DNA of 64,000 nt from Nymphaea colorata (lineage: Eukaryota), in NCBI RefSeq assembly GCF_008831285.2, contig NC_045138.2, positions 806,001-870,000 of the forward strand, given 5' to 3'. Below, in pieces: positions 12,046 to 28,066 of the stretch; position 1 is the first letter of the stretch; each line of letters starts with the position of its first letter. A model generated the notes under the pieces. It saw only the letters and a program-made list of their open reading frames with translations, was not told the origin of the DNA and searched no databases. The position numbers and the translations under genes are program-made.

Positions 12046-13256
12046 TTGTATTATTCAATGTCATTCAGCCAACTAAACTAATCAGGGTTTTCCATTTTAA
12101 GCAGACAAATGATTGAGAGAAAAGCAACGAAAATAAAATGTGGACTATCGTTGTTTTTCTCTTAGCTGTCAATCATATGAGTCATAGGGCCCCAGTTACA
12201 TGAATGGATAACTCGAAAAAGCTAGAGTGACTATGACATATATCTACACTTTAGTTATATATATATATATATATATAAAAGATTTCCTGAACTAATATTT
12301 ACATGCTATGAGAAATTTGCTACGAGATCTGTGAAGCTTGCCAACTAATTAAAATGATAAACAAATATTCTGTCCTTTTTTAATCTATTTATATATCTTT
12401 GTCAAATTTATCTTCTTTTATGAACAGTTTATGGTGTCTTCAACAAGGGGTTTTCAATTTTTAGTCATTTGACTCCATCCAACATCCAGCATATTTACAT
12501 CCTCCATATATATCAATTATGTACATTGCCGAATTATGACCAAAAATTGAAAATAAGTCCTTAGAAAATAGTTACCACATTAGCGATGAATTTATGGAAT
12601 TTTCAGCGACAAATAACTATAGGTTTATGGTAAGTTTTTATTTTTAAATTATCCAGCATATTTGAATCACTCTTTCTCATCCACACACATACACATAAAC
12701 ATTTATGGTGGAAGTATGTACGTTTCTATTGTCATTATCAATATTCCTTACTGAAGAAGCTTATGCTTTCAAATGGTTAGTTGGTGATATTTGATGGATC
12801 ATCGTCAATATTATTGTTGTTAACTATTATCCAACAATAAGCACAACAAAATGATAATTAATGTAACAAGTATATAGTTAAGCAACAATAGAAAGCACAT
12901 ATTCCTTTCTTGTCATTAATAGTTAAGCAGTTATTTTTTTATTAAAATAAAGATCAATACTGGTCATTGTCTTTACCTTTCTATCTTTTTTCATTTTTTT
13001 TTTATTCAACTGAATAGTAAGAAGAATACAATCCATTATCCTTTAAAGTGAGTCGAAGCTCCTATCCAACCACTCACCTCCCTCCCTCCAATTCTTTCTT
13101 TCATACCTTATAGATCCAAACATGCATCAAGGCTTTGATGCAAGGAAGGTGCATCGCCACCTGAATGGCCCGCACCGCATCTCATATACCACAGCTCTGG
13201 ACCTAGAGGCATGAAAAAAGGAGGGGTGGCTTTTGATGTTCATTTCAAAATGGTGG

Positions 13257-13470
13257 GTCATAATTTTCTTGCTCACCCAAAAAAGATGAGGACAAGAGGG
13301 AAACGGATGGATGGGCTCCAACATTTGTTTTTTTTTTTTTTAATTTTCATTTTTTTCTTTTCACTCAACAATTTTTAGATAAAATATAAAAAAAAAATTG
13401 AGTTGTCGCCATCTCTCCCTTTCTCCGTTGTCTCCATCTTCAATGCGGGTGAGGGAAAAAATTAAGATGA
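13257..13470 (+). ncRNA. Candidate pre-miRNA-like hairpin H5 (subtype A)
   Basis: AAGATGAGGACAAGAGGGAAACGGATGGATGG pairs with GCCATCTCTCCCTTTCTCCGTTGTCTCCATCTT. Lower stem CTCACCC/GGGTGAG. Confidence 0.45.
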
Positions 13471-16400
13471 GCGAGAAGATAACAACCCACTCACCCTGAA
13501 GGAGCCGAAGCCTCTCCCTCTTATCTTTTTCTTATGTCTTTTGGGTCTAAAGTTGCGTTGGGGCCTTTACATGGCAGGATGCATGCCGCGTCTTTGAACG
13601 GAAAAAATGTAGGAATAAGTGGAGGCACTTAATTGGACGATGACAAAGGATGAGTTTGACGATGTAGATTGGACGATAGAGACGGTGGATCCGTGTGGAT
13701 TTTTGAAAACTAATGCTTCATTATATGCTTGCTTTTGAATGGGTAAAGAAATGAATCAATTTATGAATATCTGCCCATACTTTATATGGGTTTTTTTTTC
13801 TATATTCATTTCAAAAGCAATATAATATAATCTAAATCGTTTTTATTTAATAAACATTAAAAAAAACTACACTGCAACTGATGGTTATTAAAGAATATGT
13901 TGTATCAGCGATCAAATGGATCATACGGTAATATACCGAGTCACCGACATTGACTTCGAAGCTGCGAAGTAAAAACGGCTTATATTTCACATGATCGTGG
14001 AAGGTTTAATCCATTGAATGTTCTTTGGAAGGTGACAGGGAAACTTCGTTTGCCATTCTATCACCCAAAAAAAAAATATGGCTATTTAATTTCATTCACA
14101 TTTTCTTGGACTGCTTGTCCTTGTCATTGTCATTTGTGAAGACATTCATGAAGATTTCAACTTCTTTAGTCAAAGAAAAGTTCTTTTTACTTTCACGTGA
14201 TTATGTTCATTTATTATATGTAGTTATAGTTATAGTGAATGAATGATGACCTTTGCTATTTAGAGTAACTTAGTCATTTAACTAATGTTGTTCATGTGAT
14301 GCAAATGATGGTTGAAAAAAAACATGAGAGAAAAGTGAGAAAACTGATACTAGATGAGAAAATATTCATCACATTTTTCCTTGTTTTTTATTCAGTGTCC
14401 ATCATGATGAATCAAATGGCTCTACTTAGATGGTAAGGTAACTTTAAAATGCTAGAATCGTTAGTCTATATACATATCCATGACCTAGGTGTCTAGTTTT
14501 ACAAATCTATCTCTCTCTCTCACTTTCTCTTTATATATATATATTAATGAGTGAACGATGACTCTATTAGAGTCACTCAGTCATCTAACCAAAGGCATCA
14601 AGTTAAACAGATAGATAGTTGAAAGAAAAACAATGACAAAAGATTATAAACTAACATTAGATAACAAAAATGTTAGTCACTTTTTTTTCTTAATTTTCTC
14701 TTAACCCTCCACCATTATGTTAGATTCATACACATTCTAATGAGGGTGATTATATATGTATACTACAATCCTCTTGCCATCCGTCCATTCAAATGTCTCT
14801 GACATGGAACGTGATGCAAATTTAATGCAATGCATTGGATTACATGTGTAACTGTGTAAGTCATCAAATGGGCAGAATAATTCAATATATATATATATAT
14901 ATATATATACATTATTTTTCTTTTCCAACTATTGTTTTAAATTGGTACTTTGGTTTTAAGGATGACCTTTGTTCCCTTTCCACAACCAACTAATAATAGT
15001 AAGTAATAACCAATATACGCTTGAGATATCCTCAATTAATTTATGCAACGATATTTACACGGTATGAGAAATTAATTTGCTAAAAGAACTCCCAAGCTTG
15101 CCAAATAATGAAAGTGATAAACGACTATTTTGGCTTTCTTTTCGATTCTATTTATATTTTCTTAAATACATTTTCTTTTATGAACAGTTTATGGTGTCTT
15201 TGTGATAGATTTTTTAATTTGTAGTCATCCCACTGCATCCAACCTATTTCAGTCCTCAACGTATTTAGAGAACTTCAATTATATACGTTGCCGAATTATG
15301 ATGAAAACTTAAAAAAAAAAAATGTAATGTTTTTCTTTTATTAGAGGTCTAAATGCCCTTCATTTTCCTTATCTCCAAAGTATTAGGCTATGTTGGGATT
15401 TGGGTGGGGTATGCTATACCCGTCAACTAAATTGTTGTGATCCAACATTTACAGTTCAAATAATTAATGCCCATGAGAATTGAACAGACAACCTGCCTAC
15501 AAACCAATCTTATAAATCATACATTCTATTGAATATCAGATACTTTGCAAATATCAATTTAGTAATGTTCTCCTCACAATGTGGTACATCATTATATGTA
15601 GAAAAGGTAAGTATGAGCCGTTCAGTGTCAAATCCATCAATAATATAATCTTGGTCATTGATTTTTTTTTTGGTATTATCTGTTGTACATATTTCATTGA
15701 AAAGGAATGGTAAGTTGTTTTGATCATCGAGCATTAATTCACAGTTTTTTTTTCTCTTTCTTCCTGAATCTCAACTATCCATATGAAATAAATCAATGGC
15801 CAATGATTCAACAAACACTGCCGATCCACTCAAGCTAAGTACCATGGAAACACATGGCGACAGTACTTAGTATGTTAAAAGGAACATGGTTTTTTTTCCC
15901 CTTCACTTTCTTTGATCACATTCTTTAACGTCTTCTACATATCTTGGGATGCTTGGCTTGCTAGAATTTTATAATCGGGTCAGGCCGAGTACTAGGCACC
16001 AGCCACATTATGAAGCCTAGTACCTAGTAGGCCTTAGGCCCGGCACAGCCCAATTATTAACAATTTAGTGTATCGAGCTTGAAAATCAAACTCGATAATC
16101 GGTACAAAAAAACCTTATTTTATTGGCAGAGAAAAAGGCATTACAAAATTGGAAAATAAAAACCAAAAAGAGACATCGACCTTACCAAAAAAAATGATTA
16201 TCTTCTGAAGCTATCAAACGCTACCTAAATGTTATTTTTATTTTGTAGACCCACCGATAGTCTCATTGTCAACAATGCAGCTCAAGACCCTTGAAGCAAG
16301 GAAACAGGAGGACTTTTAAATCTTGTTTTGAGTGGTAGGAATCATCCACCCACTCATCAAAAAAGATAGATAGATTGCATTATTTCTCGCTTCCTAGAAC

Positions 16401-17257
16401 TGAAGACATTGACTATGTCAATGGGCATTATAAGGCATGAATTTGACGATGTTGATGGGATGGTGGTGGTTGTTGTTGACGTTCCTGTTTTGATCAAAGA
16501 ATTATTCTCTAACTTTGACAACTACTCCATCAAACAAAACACGAGTCAATTTGACACTGTTTTCCTCCATCCCCAACAAAGAAAAAATTATTAATAATTA
16601 GTAAACATTATATTATATGGTTTCATATTTTTTATTTTTAATTATACATTGAAATAATTGAAATTGTTTTCATATTAAAACATAGAAAAAAATAATGGCA
16701 ATGAATTTATTTGCAGGATACCTACCAATCTGTAATTCATTCATTATTTGCAGTCCAAATGAATATCATCAACAATAATCTCATGCTTTCACATGATTAC
16801 AACATGTCAATTATGCTACGCCTCTTGAGATGCTTCCGAAATTTACGACTAATTTCATAGGCCATTGACGTGGAGTAACTGGAGTTATTCCATTGAATGT
16901 TTGTTTTAGGGAGACAATGAGGCTCTCCCTTTGTCATCTAGCGAGAAACAAATTAAGAGGTTTTCTCTCAATTTGATTCAATTTGATTCGTATTTATTTA
17001 GCAACTCGTTGCTGTCAAAACAAAGCCTTCTTAATTAAGTATTGTTTGAAAAGTTCGTTTTTGCATCTATCATGTTTCATGTTGACTTTGTGACCTACAT
17101 CTGCTAAGGTTTTTTAAAGTCGAGGTGTGTTGATATTTAATTTTTGCAAATTATTCGTGAGGTAATTCTTTTAAGTGAACATTATGTTCATAAATGTACG
17201 TTTGGGGTGAGGATATGATATAATTTTTTTCTTTTATTTTTTTACAGAATGAACAAC

Positions 17258-17311
<54 letters not shown>

Positions 17312-17880
17312 TGGTAAAAACCAAACCCTTTGATTTTGAATTTCAAAGAGTTCTTTTTTTTTTTTTTGCAGTCTAACCTTAGTGATATGGTCTTGAGAAA
17401 TGGATTGATGCAAAACATATGCTAAGTTTATCATTTGTTATACTTGAATGGTGTTTTTATAATAAGAAAATTAAGCACCCCTCATGGCATGATAACAAAA
17501 AAATCAATATTTTTCATTAAAACAACTTGACTGGTCATTGTTTTTACCTTTCTTCTAATTTCTAATTTTTTATTAAAGTGAATACTGAATAGTAGAAAGA
17601 TTACAATTCATTATCCTTTATAGATAGTCGAAGAAGCTCCTACCCAATCACCCACCTCCTCCCCCAACTTTTATTCCTTTCATGCCTTATGTATTCAAAC
17701 CTGCATCTAAGCTTTGATGTGGGAAACGTGTATAGCCACCTTTATGCCCGGCCCCATCCCCTATAACCCAAGAACATAAAAAAGAGACCGACCTTCTACC
17801 ACAGCTCTGGACCTATAAGCATGACAAAAGGAAGGATGACAAAAGAAAGGAGTGGCTTTAAATCTTCATTTAAAAAGTGG

Positions 17881-18054
17881 GTCATAATTTTCTTGCTCAT
17901 CCAAAAAGAAGATGGGGACAAGGGAGAAAGGGATAAATGGCTCAACATTTTTTTTTTCTTTTCTCTTTCCACTAAAAACAATTTTTAAATAAAAAAAATG
18001 GACTTGTCGCCATCTCTCCCTTTCTCCCTTATCACCAACTTCTCCCTCTGGTGG
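17881..18054 (+). ncRNA. Candidate pre-miRNA-like hairpin H6 (subtype A)
   Basis: GAAGATGGGGACAAGGGAGAAAGGGATAAATGGC pairs with GCCATCTCTCCCTTTCTCCCTTATCACCAACTTC. Confidence 0.45.
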
Positions 18055-18650
18055 TTTTTTAGGTCTATAGTTGCGTTGGAGCCTTTACGACAGTGATGCA
18101 TGCTGCGTGTGGGAATGGAAAAAATGTAGGATATGACAAAAGATGAGTTTGACGATGTAGATTCGGTGATAGAGACAACAGATCCCCTGGTGGATTTTTG
18201 AAGACTGGTGCTTCATCATATGCTTCTTTGAATGGGCAAACGAATTGAATGAATTTATGAATATATGCCCATACTTTATATGGTTTATTTTTCTATTTTC
18301 ATTTCAAAAGCAATATAATATAATCTAAATCGTTTTTTATTTAATAAACATTAAAAAAAAACTACATTGCAACTGATGGCTATTAAAGAATATGTTGTAT
18401 CAGCGATCAAATGGTGAAGCTGTAAAGTAAAAACGGCTTATATTTCACATTATTGTGGAACGTTTAATCCATTGAGTGTTCTTTGGAAGAGTGACGGGAA
18501 ACTTCTTTAGCCATTCTATCACAAAAGAAAATAAAAGAAAAAGGTCAATGGTGCTCATAATTTCATTCACTTTTTCTTCAACTGCTTGTCTTTGTCATCG
18601 TCATTAGTAAAAACCAGACACTTATATCTACACCTATATCTATTTCTCTC

Positions 18651-18696
<46 letters not shown>

Positions 18697-19544
18697 TGTA
18701 ATTGTGTTTTTATAATAAAAAAATGAACAGCCCCTGTGACATGATAACAAAAGAAATCAATATTTTTCATTAAAACAATTTGAACCAAAGCATGTTGTAT
18801 ATCAAAATTGTCTTTATGCTTATATTTTATTTAAAACAGTTTTTTTTTAAATCAATGGGTCTAGTCATTATCCGTAACCCAAGTGTTTGGTTTTGACTAA
18901 TCACTTGTATATATATATATATATATATATCTGTGTGTGTGAGTGTGTGAATGAAGGGAGTATGTAAATTTACATTGTCCTTATCCAATAATGGATTGGT
19001 GGGAGGTCCACCTTTATTACAAAAAAATTATATTTACAATGAGTGACAGAAGATGCAGAGCATAGCAAAACAAGACAGAAACCATATGAGCCAAGAGCCT
19101 ATCAGTAAGCCAAAAGAAACCCTTCTGCCCATTGTTAATATTAATAAGCCATACTGATGAAGCGTCAGTTTTTCAAATGGTTAGCTGGGATGAGAAGTTG
19201 TTTTGAAACGTACGTAATGGATATATGGTACGTGAAAAGCAACACTCGATCAATCTTCATTATTATTGTTAAACTATGACCAAACATCCAGGTCAATGAA
19301 TATTTCTTCTACATAATCAACCCCCATTCGAGCAAGTTTGAAAATGAGGTTTTTAATTGTATTTATGCTATCCACAATAAAATTTTAATTATATTTACAC
19401 TGTTTTCATAACACAAGGAAAATAATTAAATTGTTTTTGTTGATAGTTTACGCCCATAAATTTTCAAGAAAGCAATTTTATTGTATATATAGCAAAGGTT
19501 TTTTTTTTTTAATGAAATGCTTCTGCATCAGTATTCATTTCTTG

Positions 19545-19713
19545 TGCTTACATGAGGAGAAAAGGGAGAAAGGGATGGACCGTGACCAGTTCTTTTTTTC
19601 AATTCTCATTTTTCTTTTTCTTATTTCATATAAAATATTTGTTTAGATAAAACAAAAAAAGAAAGAGCTTGTCGCCATCTTTCCTTTTCTCCCCAGTCCA
19701 GCTTGTGAGAAGC
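19545..19713 (+). ncRNA. Candidate pre-miRNA-like hairpin H7 (subtype B)
   Basis: GGGAGAAAGGGATGGACCGTGAC pairs with GTCGCCATCTTTCCTTTTCTCCC. TATATATAG lies upstream at ~19484. Confidence 0.45.
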
Positions 19714-22700
19714 TTACAAACAGTTGTTTGGATTATAAGAGAGTCGAAGTCTTTCCCTTTTATCTTTTTCTCTCGAGTTTTTTGGGTCCAAGGTTACGTT
19801 GAGCCTTTCACATGGCATTGGTACATGCCGCGTATTTGAATGGGGATACTGCCGAAGGTTCCCTACGGATTCTTCAAGACTTTCAGTTCATCATATGTTT
19901 GCTTGGATGGGGAGGAAGCCAATGAATCAATTTATGAATATATATATCTGCCCATCCTTTATATGGCCTATTTTTTTATCTTCATTTTAAAACTAATTTA
20001 ATACAATTTAAATATTTTTTTAATAATTCACTAAAAAGAACATGCAACTGATGGTAATTAAAAGAAAACTGGTCGTCATCTAAAAAATGTATCAGCTATC
20101 AAACGGAACATACAGTGCCGTCAATATCGATAGGTCCAATTTTATCAGAGAGATTATTACTGATGTAGACTTAGTTGGGAACTAAAACGACAAATATTTC
20201 ACGCAACAATGGGATGTTGAATCCATGGAGTGCTGTGTTGAAGCTGACAGGGAAGCTTCGTTTGTCATTCTTGCAAACTAAAAGAAAAGAAAGAGAAAAA
20301 GACACTGGCTCATGCTCTTAATTTGATTGATCACATTTTCTTGGCAGCCTGTCCTTGTCAAGACATTCATGAAGATTTCTGCATCTTCTTAGTCAAAGAC
20401 AACTTGTTTCTGCCTAATGCAGTGCATGAGGCTATGTGTGAAACATTTAGATGAACCGGTCAGAGGAATCCAACAACTAGATATATATATATGTGTGTGT
20501 GCCCATCATTTATATGGTTTATTTTTTTATCTTCATTTTAAAAGTAATTTAATACAATTTAAATCTTTTTATTTAATAATTCACCAAAAAAACGACATGC
20601 AACTGATGGGTATAAAAGAAACACCGATCGTCATCAAAGAATTGTATCAGCTATCAAACGGAACATATAGTGTTGTCATTATTGATAGGACTTTTGTCTG
20701 TATCGTTTCAATTTTATCATATGTCTTTAAAGAGAGATTATTAATGATATAGACTTAGTTGGCAACTAAAACCACTAGTATTTCAAGCAACAGCGGAATG
20801 TTGAAAACATTGAGTACTCTGTGGAAGGTGACAGGGAAGCTTCCTTTGTCATTCTAAAAAGTCATTGTCTAGTTGAAAGAAATGATGTTGTTCATGTGAT
20901 GCATTCGATAGAAAAACATAAGAAAAAGGTGAAAACTAATACTATATGATAAAACGTTCATCACTTTTTTTTCTCATTGTTTTTTTCACTGTTCATCAAT
21001 GATGGATCGTATGGCTCTACTCAGATAAATGCCACACCTAGGTCATGGATAAAAACCCTTTGATTTTAATTTAATTTTGTTTTTTGTTTTTTTCAATTTA
21101 ACCTTATTAATATGATCTTAAGAATGGGTTGATGCAAAACATACACTAAGTTGACCATTTGTTAAGCTTTAATGGTGTTTCTATAATGATAAAAAATGAA
21201 CGACCCTTGTGACATGATAACAAAAAAAAAAAATCAACATTTTTCATTAAAACAACTTGGACCAAAGCATGTTGTATATCAAAAGAGTCTTTATAAGAGT
21301 CTGGTTTTTATCCTTGACCTAAGTATCTTGTTTTTACTAATCAATATATGTGTATATAAAACGATGATTCTAGTTATTTAAAGTCACTCAGCCATCTAAC
21401 CAAGGTTATTCATCTAAAGTAGATAGATGGTTGAGAAAAAAACAATGAAACAAAGTTATAAACTAATATTAGATGATAAAAATGTCCATCCATAATGTTG
21501 GATGGGTACAAATTAGATGATTGAGTGATTATAAAAAACTAGAATTGTCATTATATATATATATATATATATATATAATCCTCTTGCCATCTATCCATTC
21601 AAATGTCTTTTACATGTAATGCTATGTAAATCTAATAGAATGCATTGGGCTACGTGTGCAAGACATCCAGAATAATTCAATTACTTTATATACATACACA
21701 CACATTATTTTTCTTTTCCAACTATAGTTTTAAATTGATACTATGGGTTTTAAGGATGACCTTTGCTATAATAAATGATAGCCCTGCAAGATACGTTTGA
21801 AACATGCTGAATTTATTTATGCAACGATATTTACACCGTATGAGAAACTAATTTGCTAAGAGAACTCCCAAGCTTGCAAACCAATGAAAGTGATACACGA
21901 ATATTTTGACTCTCTTTTCGACTTTATTTACATTTTCTTTTATGAATATGGTTTCTTTGTGATAGATTTTTTATTTTTAGTCATCCAGCCTATTTAAATC
22001 CTCAACGTACATAGAGAAGTTCAATTATATACAGTGCTGAATTATGATGAAAATTTTAAAAAATATATATGATGTTTTTCTTTTATTGGAGGCCTGAATG
22101 CCCCTCATTTTCCTATCCCCAAATTATTGGGTTGCATTGGGATTTGGGTAAGGTGTGGTATACCCATCAACTAAATTGTCACGATTCTATAATTTGTAGT
22201 CCAAATAAATAATGCCCATGAGAATTGAACCGACGACATACTTTGTATATTACTTATAAGATTAGATATGTTACGGCCGTTGAGGCAAAAAAAAAAAAAG
22301 CTGTTAAAAAATAGTTGTCATATGAGCAATGAGTTTATGGGGTTTTTGTGACAAATTATTTGAATCTCTCTCTCTCTGACACATATTCACACACACACAC
22401 ATATACATTGTCCTTGCCAATATTAATATATCGTACTAATGAAGCGTCAGCTTTTCAAATGGTTAGTTGGGATGATAGGTTGTTTTGAAACGTACGTAAT
22501 GGATATATTGTACGTGAACAGTGATACTCGATCAATCTTCATTATTATTATTAAACTATGACCGAACATCGTGTTTTTTCTACATAATCAACCCCAGGTG
22601 GGTCTCACTAAATAGATTTGAACAAGTAAAAGATTGAGAATGAGGTTTTTAATTGTATTTATGTTATATCCACGATAAAAAATTAATTATATTTACACTG

Positions 22701-22842
22701 CTTTCAAAACACATGGAAAATAATTAAATTGCTCTTGTTGATCATTTATGCCCATTAAATTTTCGAAAGAAAGTATTTTTTTGTATATATAGCAAAGTTT
22801 TTTTTTTAATGAAATGCTTCTGCATGAGTATTCATTTCTTGC

Positions 22843-23012
22843 GCTCACCTTCGGAGAAGATAAAGACAAGGGAGAAAGAGATAGACCGTGACCAGTCCTT
22901 TTTTTTTATTTAGCACAAAATATTTTTTAGATAAAACAAAAAAAAAATAGAATTTGTCGCCGTCTCTCCTTTTCTCACCTGTCCATTTTGCCACAAGCTT
23001 CAAACCAGTGAC
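22843..23012 (+). ncRNA. Candidate pre-miRNA-like hairpin H8 (subtype B)
   Basis: GACAAGGGAGAAAGAGATAGACCGTGAC pairs with GTCGCCGTCTCTCCTTTTCTCACCTGTC. Two substitutions versus H2 convert G:U to A-U and C.A to C-G. Confidence 0.5.
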
Positions 23013-24097
23013 CACTCTTAGCATTATAAGAGAGTGCCGAAGTCTCTCCCTCTTATGTTTTTTTCTAGTGTTTTCTAAGTCGAAGGTTACGTTGAGCCTT
23101 TCACATGGCACCGATACATGCCGCGTCTTTGAATGGAGAATGATGTTGATCGGCGGATACTGACCGAGGTTCCCTGTGGATTCCTTAGAACTTTCAGTTC
23201 ATCATATGCTTGTTTGAATGGAGAAACCAAATGAATCAAGATATGAACATATATATATATATATATATCTGCACATACTTTATACGGCTTATTTTCTTAT
23301 TTCATTTTAGAAGTAATTTAATACAATTTAAATATTTTTTTAATAATTCACTAAAAAAACGACATGCAACTGATGGTTATTAAAAAAAAAAAAAAACTGG
23401 TCGTCATCAAAGAAATGTATCAGCTATCAAACGGAACATATAGTGCTCTCAATATCGATAGGACTTTTGTCTGTATCTTTTTATTAAATGTCTTCAAAGA
23501 GAGATTATCAGTGATGTAGACTTAGTTGGGAACTAAAACGACAAGTATTTCACAAAACAGTGGGATGTTGAATCCATTGAGTTCTCTCTGGAAGGTGACA
23601 GGGAAGCTTCGTTTGTCATTCTATTGTAAAATAAAAGAAAGAAATAGAAAAAGTCACTGCCTCGTTGAAAGAAATGATGTTGTTCATGTGATACAAATGA
23701 TTATTGAAATAAAAACATTAGAAAAAAGTGAAAACTAATACTGGATCATAAAATGTTCATCACCTTTTTTCTCTCTTTTTTTTTTCACTGTTCATAGTGA
23801 TGGATTAGATGGCTCTACTTAGATAAAAGCCACACCTAGGTCATAGATAAAAACACTTTGATTTTAATTTTAAAAATGTTTTTTTGTTTTTTGCAATCTA
23901 ATCTTAATGATATGATTTTAAGAATTGTGTTTAATGGTGTTTCTATAATGATAAAAAATGAACAACCCTTGTGACATGATAACAAAAAAAAAAATCAGTA
24001 TTTTTTATTAAAACAACTTGAACTAGAGCATGTTTTATATCAAAGTAGTCTTTATAAGGGTCTGATTTTTATCCTTAACCTAAGTATCTCATTTTTA

Positions 24098-24340
<243 letters not shown>

Positions 24341-25864
24341 GATGACTCTAATTATCTAAAGTTACTCAACCATCTAGCTAAGGCTATTCATATAAAGCAG
24401 ATAGATGATTGAGAGAAAGACAATGTTGTAAACTAATATTAAATGGTAGAAATGATTAGATGGTGAAAATGTCCATCACATTTTTCTTTTTAATTTTCTT
24501 TTAACTATCCATCATGTTGAATGGGTATAGATTAAACGGTTGAGTGGTTATAAAAAACTAGAATCACTATATATATATATATATTATTTTTCTTTTCCAA
24601 CTATTATTTTAAATTAATACTCTGGTTTTAAGGGTGATCTTTGCTATATATATATATATATATTTATATATATTTTTCTTTTCCAACTATTGTTTTAAAT
24701 TGATACTCTGGTTTTAAGGGTGATCTTTGCTATAGTAAGTGATAGCCCTGCAAAATACATTTGAAATATTCTGAATTAATTTATGCAACGATATTTACAC
24801 CATGTGAGAAATTAATTTGCTAAGAGAACTCCCAAGCTTGCCAACCAATGAAAGTAATGCACGAATATTTTGACTTTCTTTTCAACTCTATTTATATTTT
24901 ATTTTATGATTATGGTTTCTTTGTGATTGGTTTTTGATTGTTAGTCATCATACTGCATCCATCCTATTATGGTTTTTATTTATATACACTGCTGAATGAT
25001 GTGGAAATTTTAAAAAATATATATGATGTTTTTCTTTTATTAGAGGTCTGAATGCCCCTCATTTTCCTATCCCCAAAGTATTGGGCTGTATTGGGATTTG
25101 GGTGGGGTCTGGTATACCAGTCAACTAAATTGTCGTTATCCCACAATTTGCAGTTCGAATAAGTAATGTTCATGAGAATTGAACCAACGACGTGCTTTGT
25201 ATATGATCTGTAACATTAGCTATGTTACGGCCCTGAGGCAAAAAAAAATGTTGTTAAAAAATAGTTGCCATATGAACAATGAGTTTATGGTGTTTTTTGT
25301 GACAAATTATTTGAACTCTCTTTCTCTCCCTCATATTCATTATATATATATATATGTATATATGAACGATGGGAGTATGTTTACATTATCCTTGTCAATA
25401 TTAATATGTCATACTAATGAAGCGTCAGCTTTTCGAATGGTTAGTTGAGATGAGAAGCTGTTTTGAAACTTACGTAATGGACATATGGTACTTTTAACGT
25501 GAAAAGGGACACTAGATCAATCTTCATTATTATTGTTAAACTAAGACCAAACATCGGGGTCAATGAATATTTCTTCCACCTAATCAACCCCAGATGGGTT
25601 TCATAAATAGATTCAAACAAGTTAGAAAAGATTGAAAGTGAGGTTTTTAATTGTATTTATGCTATCCACGATAAAAAATTAAATTATATTTACACTGTTT
25701 TCATAACACAAGGAAAATAATTAAATTGTTCTTGTTGATAATTTATGCCCATCAAATTTTCAAAAGAAAGTAATTTATTTGTATACATAACAAAGGGTTT
25801 TCTTTATTTTTATTTTCTTTTTTTTTTTGAATGAAATGCTTTTACATCAGTATTCATCTCTTTT

Positions 25865-26064
25865 GCTCACCTGGGTAGAAGATAAAAGACAAAGGGAGAA
25901 AGGGATGGACCGTGACCAGTCCTTTTTTTTTGTCAATTCTTATTTTTCATTTTTTTATTTCGCACAAAATATTTTTTACATAAAACAAAAAAAAAAGAGC
26001 TTGTACCATCTCTCCTTTTCTTTCCTGCCCACCTTGCGAAAAGCTTACAAATCGCTGTGAGAGC
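25865..26064 (+). ncRNA. Candidate pre-miRNA-like hairpin H9 (subtype B, 3' arm partly eroded)
   Basis: GACAAAGGGAGAAAGGGATGGACCGTGAC pairs with GTACCATCTCTCCTTTTCTTTCCTGCC. Confidence 0.4.
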
Positions 26065-26245
26065 CGAAGTCTTTCCTTTTTATCTTTTTCTCTCATGTTT
26101 TTTGGGTCCAAGGTTACGTTAGCCTTTCACGTGACACCGATACATGTCGCGTATTTGAATGGGGAACGAGGTTCCCTGCGGATTCCTCAGAACTTTCAGT
26201 TCATCATATGTTTGCTTGACTGGAGAAGTAAAATGAATCAAGTTA

Positions 26246-26301
<56 letters not shown>

Positions 26302-27895
26302 CCCGTAGTTTATGTGGCTTATTTTCTTATCTTCATTTTAGAAGTAATTTAATACAATTTAATTTTTTTTATTTAATAATTCACTAAAAAAACAACATGC
26401 AACTGATGGTAATTAAAAAAAAACTGGTCCTCGCCTAAGAAATGTGTCAGCTATCAAACGGAACATATAGTGCTGTCAATATCGATATGGACTTTTGTCT
26501 GCATCGTTCCAATTTTATCAGAGAGATTATTGGTGATGTAGACTTAGTTGGGAACTAAAACGACAAGTATTTCGCAACAATGGGATGTTGAATCCATGGA
26601 GTGCTGTGTGGAAGGTGACACGGAAGCTTCGTTTGTCATTCTTGCAAACTAAAAGAAAAGAAAGAGAAAAAGACACTGGCTCATGCTCTTAATTTGACTG
26701 ATCACATTTTCTTGGCAGCCTGTCCTTGTCAAGACATTTATGAAGATTTCTGCATTGTCAAAGACAAGTCGTTTTTTGCTAAGGCAGTGCATGAGGCTAC
26801 GTGTGAAACATTTCCATGAACCGGTCAGAGGAATCCAACAAATATATATATATATATATATATTCATGTTTGTATTATTCGAGGTTACGAGAGAAAAACA
26901 ATAAAAATAAAATGTGGACTAATACTATATTATGAAATTGCCTACCACCTTTTTCTCTTTCGTTTTCACTTAGCCATCATCATATGAGTCACACAACCCT
27001 GGTTACATAAATGGGTGACTCCAAAAAGCTAAAGTGACTATGACATATATCTACACTTTGGTTATAAGGATGACCTATGCTCTTTTTTTCACAAATATAT
27101 ATATATATATATATATATATGAGATTTTCTGAATTAATTTATGAACTAATATTTACATGCTATGAGAAATTTGCTCTAAAGCTTGCCAACTAATTAAAAT
27201 GATAAACAATTATTCTGTCCTTCTTTTTTAATCTATTTATATATCTTTGTTAAATTTATCTTCTTTTGAACAGTTTATGGTGTCTTCAAGAATGGGTTTT
27301 TAATTTTTAGTCATTTGACTGCATCCAACATCTAGCATATTGACATCCTCCACATATCAATTATGTACATCGCCGATTTATGACCAAAAATTGAAAATAA
27401 GTCCTTACAGAATAGTTGCCACATGAGCGATGAATTTATGGAATTTTCAGTGACAAATAACTATAGGTTTATGGTTAATTTTTTTTATTTTTAAATTATC
27501 CAGCATATTTGAATCTCCCTTTATCATCCACACACACATAAACTGAAGTATGCACATTTCTATTGTCCTTACCAATATTCCTTACTAAAGGTGCCCCTGC
27601 TTTCCTTATCAACATTCCTTACTGAAGACGCATCTGGTTTCGAATGCTTAGTTGGTGATATTTGATGGATCATCGTCATTATTATTGTTGTTAACTATGA
27701 TCAAACAATAAGGATTGGTTTGGTAAAGAGTGCATTCGGTTTGAATCCTATCCAACTACCATAAACATAAAAAAAAACTGTTCAGTAAAATAGACGGATT
27801 CAATTTTAAAAAACATCAGATAGATTTTGGTTTCTGGGGGTGACATTCAATGTAATATGACCACAATTTTTGCATGTTCATACCAAGATTTTCTT

Positions 27896-28066
27896 TAGGG
27901 GCGGGCCGACAGTCCAACCTCTCAATTCGGATAGGACCAAATTAAATTCAAATTCAAAAAATGTACGGCGCAATTAAAAAAATTTATTTTTGTCAATGTA
28001 ATTTTCTTTTTCATAGTCCAGGGTGAGGCCACTCCCTAGGCGGTCCCTCCCCTCCCTCCGCCCCTG
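27896..28066. mobile_element. hAT-type MITE (AGGGGCGG...CCGCCCCTG family), degenerate
   Basis: Ends TAGGGGCGGG / CCGCCCCTG resemble those of the TSD-flanked elements at 30174 and 57788. No clear TSD. Confidence 0.45.

Noticed and set aside
19044..19063. TGACAGAAGATGCAGAGCAT, 17/20 similar to miR157
   Set aside because: No complementary star arm nearby (only a partial CTTCTG match). It lies in a copy-specific ~140 bp insertion that looks like a retroelement 3' end.
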